A program made the position numbers and the translations under genes. The notes beneath the pieces are model-generated. The model had not been told where the DNA came from and did not search any database. It worked only from the letters and a program-made list of their open reading frames with translations. A stretch of DNA of 26,564 nucleotides from Acidimicrobiales bacterium. GTDB taxonomy: Bacteria; Actinomycetota; Acidimicrobiia; Acidimicrobiales; Acidimicrobilacustridaceae. Shown in pieces: positions 1 to 7,245 of the stretch. Numbering within the stretch: position 1 is the first letter of the stretch; every line of letters begins with the position of its first letter. Where the stretch lies: positions 1-26,564 of the forward strand of contig JBBQHT010000026.1 of assembly GCA_038324235.1 (NCBI GenBank), given 5' to 3'.

Positions 1-273
1 CACCCCGGTCGCGGTCCACGCGATCGCGAGCGTCACCAGCGTCGCGGCACTCACGAGGGCGACGCAGCCGGCCGTCAGGGCGATCGTGAGCCCCACGAAA
101 CGCGCCTGGGTCGCCTCGGCTCGCAGGTACCGGCGGGCGAAGGATTGGACGGTGGCCGACACGCCGGTCACCAACATGACCAGCACGATGGTCAGCCGAT
201 CGACGCCGAAGCTCACCCATGCGTGGCTGTCTGCTCGCACGAGCGGACCACCGGCTGCGTCAGCGAAGGTCAC
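1..273 (-). CDS. Partial proton-conducting membrane transporter subunit of the NuoL/NuoM/NuoN-MrpA/MrpD family (Proton_antipo_M-like). Its N-terminal part lies in the window and the gene runs off the window start.
   Basis: The reverse-strand translation of 1..226 has no stops and is strongly hydrophobic: VSFGVDRLTIVLVMLVTGVSATVQSFARRYLRAEATQARFVGLTIALTAGCVALVSAATLVTLAIAWTATGV. This resembles the conserved 'FRFDGLS..MLIVTGVGFLIHIYSLGYM' block of NuoL/N-type subunits. All three reverse frames carry stops at about 300-360, so the N-terminus is short. The start is probably the GTG near 273, which is uncertain. Confidence 0.4.
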   Translation of the reverse strand, partial: MTFADAAGGPLVRADSHAWVSFGVDRLTIVLVMLVTGVSATVQSFARRYLRAEATQARFVGLTIALTAGCVALVSAATLVTLAIAWTATGV

Positions 274-508
274 GGCCGCGGCGACGACGGTGCCGGCGAA
301 CGCGGTCCAGGTCAGCCGAGCGGCGACGAGCGCCTATCGGTCACGGTCCGCTCCCGTTCCAAAGGTCAACCTCATCATGCGTTTTACAGTACACGTATTG
401 GAGTTCGCATATCAACTGTGGCCTGGGCCGAGCTCTGTCCTCCAAAGCGTGTCCCTCGCGAGGCGGTCGATTCCGGCACGCTCAGGGACCCTGGGGTACC
501 TTGCGGCG

Positions 509-1384
509 ATGAGCACCTTCAGCACCGATGTTCGTGTCCTGGCGTGTTCCAACTGCGGCGCGCCATTGCCATCGGTGGGTTCTGCGGGCGGGATGGTGCA
601 GTGCACGTTCTGTCGGCAGTCCAACGTCGTCGGCATGCGCGATGACGGATCGATCGCGTCGGGAGCCCCTGTCGATGAGGCGCAGCGCGTCGCATCGCTG
701 TGGCAGCAGGTGGATGTCGGCTTCATGGTCCATCCCGAAGTGACACAGCTCGGCGAGCACGGCGCGCTGACCGAGCACAACGTCGAGGCGGCGCGCCAGC
801 AGTGGGAGCGGACGCGCGCCATCGCCGGCGATCCGATGCAGGCGGCAACGGTGGGCGACGACCTCATGTGGCTGACGACGCTCCTGGCCGGCTTCTACGC
901 CAGCCAGGGCGACCGAGTGCGGGTGCGAGCCTTCTGGGAGAGCACGCTCGAGGCCTCCCACGGGCCCCGGCAACGCCAGTTCTCCCGCGGGTCGTTGTGT
1001 CGCTTGTCGGTCAACGACGGCGACCTCGCCGCCGCGACGCAATGGTTGCGTCCGTGCGACCCGCAACCGGGCGACCTGTGCAGCGACAGCACGTACCGCC
1101 TCTCGTACGCGTTCATCACGACGGTGCAGGGGCAGTTCGACAACGTGCTGCTCGCCCTCGGCCAGACCGCGAACGAACTCCCGTGGTTCTTCTCGCTGCG
1201 GCTCCTCGCCACCGCGGTGCGGGCCAACGCGATCGAGCGTCAGGGTGACGTTGCGCGAGCAGCGGACCAGTTGCGGCAACTCGCGGCGGCGTCGCCCGAT
1301 GCCGCCGCCGTGCTCCCCGCGATGCGCAAGGCCAACGTCGCGCTCGACCTGTGCCCCCAGACCATCCCGATGCTATTCGGCTAG
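509..1384 (+). CDS. Hypothetical protein with an N-terminal zinc-ribbon (CxxC...CxxC).
   Basis: The ATG at 509 is in frame with ORF 86..1384 and follows a lower-GC stretch (about 360-505) that looks like a promoter. The N-terminus reads MSTFSTDVRVLACSNCGAPLPSVGSAGGMVQCTFCRQS, a zinc-ribbon. The rest is a globular region of unknown family. The upstream part of the ORF (86..508) overlaps the reverse-strand membrane gene and is probably a shadow. Confidence 0.45.
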   Translation: MSTFSTDVRVLACSNCGAPLPSVGSAGGMVQCTFCRQSNVVGMRDDGSIASGAPVDEAQRVASLWQQVDVGFMVHPEVTQLGEHGALTEHNVEAARQQWERTRAIAGDPMQAATVGDDLMWLTTLLAGFYASQGDRVRVRAFWESTLEASHGPRQRQFSRGSLCRLSVNDGDLAAATQWLRPCDPQPGDLCSDSTYRLSYAFITTVQGQFDNVLLALGQTANELPWFFSLRLLATAVRANAIERQGDVARAADQLRQLAAASPDAAAVLPAMRKANVALDLCPQTIPMLFG

Positions 1385-1473
1385 TACCGTCATGGGGCCA
1401 TGGTCGATCCTTACGAGCCAACGCGTCACCCGCGACCGACCCGAGTCGTGCATCGCCGGGCCGGGGCGACAAC

Positions 1474-2238
1474 ATGACGTTCGGTGACCACACCCGACCG
1501 ACGTCTGGCGAACTCGAAGAGCTCGGCCCGTTCATCGAGCTCGCCCGTGAGATCAAGCGCAACGTCGATCGCTTCGCGGCAGACGACGTCGCCGACCTCG
1601 AGCAGCTGTCCGAAGCCATCGACGCCATCCCCCGGGCGGAGCGCCGCACCGTGACCGAGGCCGTGTTCGAGCGGCTCCCCGTGGATGTGCAGTGGGCGAT
1701 TCTCGAACGGGTCTTCGGCTCGACCGAGATCCGCGAGCACCTCGAGCGGGAGCACGAGCGACGCCTGGCCGAGGTGACCCGTCACGGTGATCAGCAGCGC
1801 CTCGCCGACGCCGCCCGTGCCTTGCGCTGCGTCGATGTCGGGCAGCTTCCCGCGGGTGCCGAGCTCACCATCGGGCTGTTCCGCGAAGCCGACGTGCGGC
1901 CCGCCGTGCTTCGCGGTCACGTGTCGGACAGCTGCGCCCGGCGCGTCGTCCTCCGGGTTGAAGACCCGCCGTTCGTGCGCGTCATCGAGGATGTGTTCAA
2001 CCCTCGAGGTGGCTACTTCGTCACCCGCGAGTACGACGAGGCGGCGTGGGAGGCGGACCGCTTCGTGGCGCACTCGACGATCGAGGTCGGCGCGGCCACC
2101 GATGTGGTCAGCACCCCCTTCGAGCCGGTCCTCTACGTCGGTGGCCGAGTCGACTTCAAGACCGAAGCTGGCGTATGCCGCGGCCTTTTGCACCTGGGCT
2201 TCGTTATGTTGGGGGACATCGACGTCTTCGCCGGCTGA
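1474..2238 (+). CDS. Hypothetical protein. It lies 63 bp upstream of the flotillin gene on the same strand.
   Basis: There is an in-frame ATG at 1474 (MTFGDHTRPTSGELEELGPFIELAREIKR...). I recognise no family. I placed the start after the intergenic stretch 1385..1473, which is uncertain. Confidence 0.4.
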   Translation: MTFGDHTRPTSGELEELGPFIELAREIKRNVDRFAADDVADLEQLSEAIDAIPRAERRTVTEAVFERLPVDVQWAILERVFGSTEIREHLEREHERRLAEVTRHGDQQRLADAARALRCVDVGQLPAGAELTIGLFREADVRPAVLRGHVSDSCARRVVLRVEDPPFVRVIEDVFNPRGGYFVTREYDEAAWEADRFVAHSTIEVGAATDVVSTPFEPVLYVGGRVDFKTEAGVCRGLLHLGFVMLGDIDVFAG

Positions 2239-2301
2239 GGCCTTTGCGAGTCGCCGCAGTCAACCGAGCTCGTAGAGCTCATTCTGAGAGGCGCTCCGCA
2301 G

Positions 2302-4341
2302 ATGGATGTCACGCTCGTAGTGCTCGTCGTCGTCGGAGTTCTGGGCTTCCTCGTGCTGGTGGTGGGGCTACGCAGCTTCCACACGGTGGGGCCGGCCGAG
2401 GTCGGCCTGGTGACCAAGCGCATCGGCGCCCGATCGAAAGGCGACCAGCTCGTCGCGCTCCATGGCGAGGCCGGGTACCAGGCGGACCTCATGATGCCCG
2501 GCCTGCGGTTCAAGCTCTGGCCCATCTTCAAGGTGGAGCGCTACGACTGGGTGCAGGTGCCCCCCGGTCAGATCGGGTTGGTCATCGCGCAGGTCGGGGC
2601 GGCCCTGCCGACCGGGGCGAAGTCGGCGGTCTACCACCCCGAGGCCGGAAGCTTCGCGGACCTCCGCGTGTTCCTCGAGACGGGCGGCCAGCGCGGCGTC
2701 CAGCGACCCGTGCTACCTCCCGGCACGACCGCGCCGATCCATCCGGTGGGCTTCATCGTCGTGACCAGCGATGCGACCTTCGGCAAGGTCGTCTCCGATG
2801 CCACCGGGGCCGCGATCCAACAGGTGGATCCCAACGTCTTGAAGGTCGTGCACATCACCCCGCAGGGAGATCGCGATCTCGTCGGCGTGGTGACGACCCT
2901 GGAAGGCCCACCATCGGGCGACATCGCGAGCCGCATCGGCGGCTTCTCCGACGTCACATCGATGGAGTCGTCGGGGCTGGGTTCTGCGGTGCAGATCATC
3001 CAGGCGGTGCTGCGCTCGAAGAACGATCTGCACGACAACTACCAGGACTACCAGGCGTTCCTGGCCAATGGCGGGTGCATCGGCCTGCAGCATGACCCGA
3101 TCCTCTATGGCTCGTATCTGTTGAACCCGTTCCTGGTCCAGGTCGAGCTCCGCGAGATGCTCGTCGTGCGCCAGGGCGAGGTGGCGGTGATCAAGTCGTA
3201 CGTCGGTCTGCCGACGGAGGACACGTCCGGCGAGGAGTTCAAGTTCGGTTCGATCGTGAAGCCGGGCCACCAGGGCATCTGGTCCGAACCGCTGCGCACC
3301 GGCAAGTACACGTTGAACCCGCGCATCTACGAAGCCGAGATCGTGCCCACGTCGATCCTGACCCTGAACTGGTCGCACGCCACCAGCGAGGCCCACAACC
3401 TCGACGCCCGATTGGCGCCGATCGATGCGAAGAGCAAGGAAGCCTTCACGTTCAGCATCGACCTCCAGGTGCAGATCCACGTGCCCGATACGCGAGCCCC
3501 GAAGGTCATCAGCATGGTCGGCACGATGGCCAACCTCGTCAACGAGGTGCTGCAGTCCGCCGTCGGCAACTACTTCCGCAACAAGTTGCAGACCCTCGGC
3601 GCGACGGAGTTCATCGAGAAGCGGGACGAGGTCCAAAGCGCCGCCGAGCGGTACATCCAGAGCTACCTGTCTCGGTATGAGGTCGAAACTCGCGGCGTGT
3701 ACATCCAGGACGTGATCTTCCCGACCGACCTCGTCGAGGTGCTGACCAGTCGAGAGATCGCGGCGCAGGAGCGAGCGACGTTCGCCCAGCAGCGCGAGGC
3801 GCAGGAGGCCCGAGTCAGCCTCGAGCAGCAGCGCGGCGTCGCCGACATGCAGGCGGAGCTCGCGCAGGCGAACGTGTCGGTCGACATCGAGACCTCCCGC
3901 GCCCAGGCCGCCAGCGCCCGGGCCGAAGGTGAAGCGGCGGTCATCACCACGACCGGCCGGGCCGAGGCCACCCGCACCCAGGCGCTCGGTGAAGCGACGG
4001 CGGCGGCCGAGCAGGCGCTCGGACTCGCCCGCGCGAAGGGTTTCGACGCGCAGCGACATGCCATCGGTGCCGAGCAGACCGCCCTCGTCGCGGCATTGCG
4101 CGAGGTCGGCATCGGCCACGTCAAGATCGTTCCGGACATCCAGGTCGGTGGCGAGAGCGGGGTGCTCGGTGGCGTCGGCGCGCTGCTCATGCGCACCCTC
4201 GCGTTCGACGCATCCGGCGCCAGCAACGGCGCCCCGGCGCCAGCGGCCGTCGAGACGGCGGGTGCCCTGGGGACCCCGGGCACCCCGGGGACTGGCGAAC
4301 CCACGGCGGGCGACGGTGCCGCGGCCGGCTCCGCGACGTGA
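2302..4341 (+). CDS. Flotillin-family SPFH/band-7 membrane protein (YqiK/FloT-like). It has a Pro/Gly/Ala-rich C-terminal tail.
   Basis: It has an N-terminal TM helix (LVVLVVVGVLGFLVLVVGL). The SPFH core (VGPAEVGLVTK..., PGLRFKLWPIFKV) is followed by a long Ala/Glu/Gln-rich coiled region (AQQREAQEARVSLEQQRGVADMQAELAQ...EAEGEAAVITTTGRAEATRTQALGEA). The close is a flotillin-type C-terminal segment (HVKIVPDIQVGGESG). This pattern matches B. subtilis FloT from memory. A GAGAGG lies about 10 nt upstream of the ATG. Confidence 0.8.
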   Translation: MDVTLVVLVVVGVLGFLVLVVGLRSFHTVGPAEVGLVTKRIGARSKGDQLVALHGEAGYQADLMMPGLRFKLWPIFKVERYDWVQVPPGQIGLVIAQVGAALPTGAKSAVYHPEAGSFADLRVFLETGGQRGVQRPVLPPGTTAPIHPVGFIVVTSDATFGKVVSDATGAAIQQVDPNVLKVVHITPQGDRDLVGVVTTLEGPPSGDIASRIGGFSDVTSMESSGLGSAVQIIQAVLRSKNDLHDNYQDYQAFLANGGCIGLQHDPILYGSYLLNPFLVQVELREMLVVRQGEVAVIKSYVGLPTEDTSGEEFKFGSIVKPGHQGIWSEPLRTGKYTLNPRIYEAEIVPTSILTLNWSHATSEAHNLDARLAPIDAKSKEAFTFSIDLQVQIHVPDTRAPKVISMVGTMANLVNEVLQSAVGNYFRNKLQTLGATEFIEKRDEVQSAAERYIQSYLSRYEVETRGVYIQDVIFPTDLVEVLTSREIAAQERATFAQQREAQEARVSLEQQRGVADMQAELAQANVSVDIETSRAQAASARAEGEAAVITTTGRAEATRTQALGEATAAAEQALGLARAKGFDAQRHAIGAEQTALVAALREVGIGHVKIVPDIQVGGESGVLGGVGALLMRTLAFDASGASNGAPAPAAVETAGALGTPGTPGTGEPTAGDGAAAGSAT

Positions 4342-4469
4342 TCGCCGGTCGTCGTTGACGTAGCGCCCGACCTGGCGATCGGGATGGCGTTCTTCGGCCT
4401 CCCCCTACTGGAGGCCTCGGTCGAACCACGGTGACGCCGCGGCGCCGTTGGTCGGGTGTCGCACCGGCC

Positions 4470-4502
4470 GATGCCCTGTCGGCGAGACGCCGACGGGGCA
4501 TC
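4470..4502. terminator. Strong GC-rich hairpin between the convergent flotillin and DUF1269 genes. It is a candidate factor-independent or bidirectional terminator.
   Basis: The left arm GATGCCCTGTCGGCG and right arm CGCCGACGGGGCATC pair over 15 bp with one G.U, around the loop AGA. The hairpin sits 33 nt past the stop of the reverse-strand gene at 4535. Neither side has a U-tract, which is common in high-GC actinobacteria. Confidence 0.35.
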
Positions 4503-4534
4503 CCCGGAGAAACGCGATTGGGGCGCTCGCGGCG

Positions 4535-5116
4535 CTAGGAACCGTCCGCGTCGGCCGACTCGGCCTCCTTGGCCGCCGCCTTCAGGTCCTTCGCCGTGAC
4601 GTCATCGACGGTCGACTGCACGATCCGGTCGGCCAGGGCGAGCGCCTTCTGGATCTCCACGGCGCCGGGGTCTGACACCAGGGCCAGGATGCCCGAGTGG
4701 CCGGGCGCGATCGCATCCTGCAACTCGTCGGCGAGTTGCGTGCGGTGATGAAGTTCGCGCAGCTTGCCCGTCGCCGCTCCGCCGGCGCCCAGGACCAACG
4801 CGCTCCCGAGGATCGACGGCGGGAAGAACACGCCGAGCACCACGCCCCCGAGGATGCCCCACTTCAACCCGGATTTCGTGCTGTGATCCGTGACCTTCTG
4901 CACGCTCAGGGTTCCGTCATCGGCCCGCTGGACGACGATCACCCCTTCGATCTCCACCGTGCGGCCATCCTCGATCTGCTTGAGGGCCTCGTAGGCCTGC
5001 ATCGCCGTCTCGGTGTCCGTGAAGTCCGCGGCGAACAGCGTGTACGCGCCGTCGCTCACGACGGCGCCCACGGCGTCGGTGTTCATCGCGTCCTGATCTG
5101 GGGTTTCGTCTGCCAT
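4535..5116 (-). CDS. DUF1269-family membrane protein with a glycine-zipper TM segment.
   Basis: The central segment reads LKWGILGGVVLGVFFPPSILGSALVLGAGGAATGKL, followed by ...PGHSGILALVSDPGAVEIQKAL. This fits the DUF1269 pattern of a Gly-zipper TM segment plus an 'SSALFLLV'-like C-terminal block. The N-terminal beta-alpha-beta reads YTLFAADFTD...IEGVIVVQRADDGTLSV. A GAAGGA lies 7 nt upstream of the ATG at 5116. Confidence 0.65.
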   Translation of the reverse strand: MADETPDQDAMNTDAVGAVVSDGAYTLFAADFTDTETAMQAYEALKQIEDGRTVEIEGVIVVQRADDGTLSVQKVTDHSTKSGLKWGILGGVVLGVFFPPSILGSALVLGAGGAATGKLRELHHRTQLADELQDAIAPGHSGILALVSDPGAVEIQKALALADRIVQSTVDDVTAKDLKAAAKEAESADADGS

Positions 5117-5182
5117 GTCCAGTTCCTTCGTCTCGAGTAGAAGTTCTCTTCCGCACTACAGGTGGGGTGAACGACCGGTGGG

Positions 5183-5494
5183 TCAGATGCCGAGGATCTG
5201 CGCCTTCTTCGCCGCAAACTCCTCTTCGGTGATGATGCCCTGGTCCTTCAGCCCGGCGAGCTGGGTCAGCTGCTCGATCATGGGATCGACCTCCGCTGCC
5301 GCCGGCGCCGGCGCCGCTTCGGGGGCGGGCGCCGGAGCGGGCGCGGCCGCGGCGGCCGACTGCGCCGCCTTGGCCTCCTGGTTCCGGGCCACCTTGCCCG
5401 ACACCGCGCTCGCCGTTCCCACGACCACCGCGGTTCTGGCAGCCGTACCGACCAATCCGGGACGGCCGACCCGTCCGATGCCACGTCGTCTCAT
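5183..5494 (-). CDS. SHOCT-domain protein, with a short C-terminal oligomerisation domain after an Ala/Pro-rich linker.
   Basis: The C-terminus reads MIEQLTQLAGLKDQGIITEEEFAAKKAQILGI, which matches the SHOCT consensus (..L..L..L...G.ITeeEFe.kKa.lL). A PAPAPAPEAAPAPAA linker precedes it. GAGAGG lies 7 nt upstream of the ATG. The downstream DUF1269 gene is 66 bp away, so an operon is likely. Confidence 0.65.
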   Translation of the reverse strand: MRRRGIGRVGRPGLVGTAARTAVVVGTASAVSGKVARNQEAKAAQSAAAAAPAPAPAPEAAPAPAAAEVDPMIEQLTQLAGLKDQGIITEEEFAAKKAQILGI

Positions 5495-5549
5495 GATGTG
5501 CCTCTCTTTCGAGCGTTTGCGGTGGGGGTGTTGACTCGCACCCGGAGCC

Positions 5550-5966
5550 CTAGTCGCCGAGCCCGGCGAGCGCCGCGACCACGATGTCGTGGCGAACGCG
5601 ACCGCCGGCGACGACCTCGCCGCCGGCGCCGCGCACGGCGGTGGCCAGTTCCGCGGCCCACAGGTCTTCCCAGACGATGAGGAGCGCGGACGAATCGTGG
5701 GGCACGGCGGCGGCGATCTCAGCGATGTCCTCGTCGCTGATCACACCATCAACCTGGGAGTCGATGTGCCCGAAGGTCGCCGTCTCGTCCAGATCGTCGA
5801 ACTCGAAGTAGGTCACCGCGCCGTCGAGGTCCTTCTTCACGAAGACCAGGTCGATGATGCGCACCAGCCCGCGGTCCACGAGGTCGGCGATCGCCGGGGC
5901 GATCTCGCCCCTGAACTGGTTTCCCGGGAAGTCGATAACGACGTATTCGACCGGTGCAATCTCCAC
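5550..5966 (-). CDS. Soluble DUF1269-related protein. It has the tandem alpha/beta modules but lacks the Gly-zipper TM segment.
   Basis: The GTG start at 5966 is preceded by GGAGG with a 5-nt spacer. The protein reads VEIAPVEYVVIDFPGNQFRGEIAPAIADLVDRGLVRIIDLVFVKKDLDGAV... and then ...VPHDSSALLIVWEDLWAAEL. The latter parallels the 'SSALFLLV' block of DUF1269 proteins. The ORF-track start at 6050 would add an unsupported 28-aa extension. The family assignment is tentative. Confidence 0.5.
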   Translation of the reverse strand: MEIAPVEYVVIDFPGNQFRGEIAPAIADLVDRGLVRIIDLVFVKKDLDGAVTYFEFDDLDETATFGHIDSQVDGVISDEDIAEIAAAVPHDSSALLIVWEDLWAAELATAVRGAGGEVVAGGRVRHDIVVAALAGLGD

Positions 5967-6036
5967 GCGCCCCTCCGTTGCTATGGGTGAGTGGCCGACC
6001 GTAGCAGAGCACCAGCAGCGAGGATCCTCTCGGAAA

Positions 6037-7164
6037 ATGAGTCTGCGCACCGCTCGCCCGAGTCCCGGACTGTCGGGGTTGATGGCCTCGCGTCAGACTG
6101 GTCGCATGACTCGACGTGGGGTGGTGCGGTGCTTGGTGGCCGCCGCGCTGTTCGGTGTCTCGACCCCGCTCGCGTCGCGCCTCGTGGGCGACCTCGACAC
6201 CCTGACCCTCGCCGGGTTGCTCTACCTCGGAGCGGGCCTGGCGGTCCTCCCCGCCTGCATCCGCACGCCACCATCACCTGTCGCCCTCCGTCGGAGCTGG
6301 CGACCCTTGACCGTGGCGGTCATCGCCGGCGGTGCGCTCGGCCCGGCGCTGCTGGTCGCGGGCCTCGCTCGCACCGAGCCCACCACGGCATCGCTGCTGT
6401 TGAACCTCGAGTTGGTCGCCACGGTCGTCCTCGCGGCCCTGTTCTTCCGGGAGCACCTCGGCGGACGCATGGTGGTCGCGGTCGGCCTCGTCACCCTCGC
6501 GGGCGCGTCACTGGCGTGGACTCCGGGCGTCGGATTCAACGCTGGGGCCGTGTTCGTCGCTGCCGCGTGCCTGTGTTGGGGTCTCGACAACAACGTCACC
6601 GCCGGCATCGACCATGTCGCGCCTCAGCACATCACGCTGCTCAAAGGCCTGGTGGCGGGAACGGCGAACCTGATGCTGGGACTGGCCATCGCCAGGACCG
6701 CGCTCCCCCCGTTGCACGCAGTGGCGGCGGCCCTGCTGATCGGTGGAGCCGGCTACGGGCTGTCGATCACGTTGTGGGTGCAAGGGGCCCGCGAGCTCGG
6801 GGCCGCCCGCGGTCAGGTGATCTTCGCGACGGCGCCCTTCATCGGGGCGATCGTGGCGTGGCAGATGTTGGGTACACCGATCACCACCGCGGCGGTGCTC
6901 GCGGCGGGGGTGGCGGCCATCGGCGTCGGGTTGGCGTTGCGTTCGGGTCATCACCACGCGCACCAACACGTCGTCATGGACCACGATCACGAGCACAGCC
7001 ACGACGACCCCCACCACGATCATGGCCACGCTGATGGCGTCGCGGGACGCCACAGCCATCAGCACGTGCACGCCGAGTTGGTGCACAGCCATCCCCATGT
7101 CCCGGATCTCCACCACCGCCACCGCCACCATCACGGCGATGGAGCACCGCCGCCCGGTACGTGA
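6037..7164 (+). CDS. DMT-superfamily (EamA-like) transporter with a roughly 70-aa His-rich C-terminal tail.
   Basis: I count about ten hydrophobic helices in an EamA-like duplicated arrangement. The tail reads HHHAHQHVVMDHDHEHSHDDPHHDHGHADGVAGRHSHQHVHAELVHSHPHVPDLHHRHRHHHGD. The start is uncertain: the ATG at 6037 could be replaced by in-frame ATGs at about 6082 or 6106. Confidence 0.65.
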   Translation: MSLRTARPSPGLSGLMASRQTGRMTRRGVVRCLVAAALFGVSTPLASRLVGDLDTLTLAGLLYLGAGLAVLPACIRTPPSPVALRRSWRPLTVAVIAGGALGPALLVAGLARTEPTTASLLLNLELVATVVLAALFFREHLGGRMVVAVGLVTLAGASLAWTPGVGFNAGAVFVAAACLCWGLDNNVTAGIDHVAPQHITLLKGLVAGTANLMLGLAIARTALPPLHAVAAALLIGGAGYGLSITLWVQGARELGAARGQVIFATAPFIGAIVAWQMLGTPITTAAVLAAGVAAIGVGLALRSGHHHAHQHVVMDHDHEHSHDDPHHDHGHADGVAGRHSHQHVHAELVHSHPHVPDLHHRHRHHHGDGAPPPGT

Positions 7165-7245
7165 CGGTGAACGTCACCAGGCCCTCGACATCCTCCTCGA
7201 CAACGCGCTGCGCCACGGCGCCGACCTGAAGCGGCCGTCGGTTGC

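Noticed and set aside
86-508. The 5' 140 codons of ORF 86..1384 (MSPTKRAWVASARRY...).
   Set aside because: This part overlaps the hydrophobic reverse-strand antiporter-family gene and a lower-GC intergenic stretch. The convincing protein, a Zn-ribbon plus a domain, starts at the in-frame ATG at 509. The upstream part is a GC-rich shadow frame.
2713-4119. Long antisense ORFs opposite well-supported genes. The examples are 2713..4119(-), 7022..8188(+), 8508..10031(+), 9855..11027(-), 12236..13087(-), 13658..14857(-), 15586..16545(+), 17369..19351(-), and 18112..20046(+).
   Set aside because: Their translations are Arg/Pro/Gly-rich and low-complexity, with no recognisable domains. They are typical open shadow frames in 70%-GC DNA. 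The opposite strand carries clear family motifs in each case.
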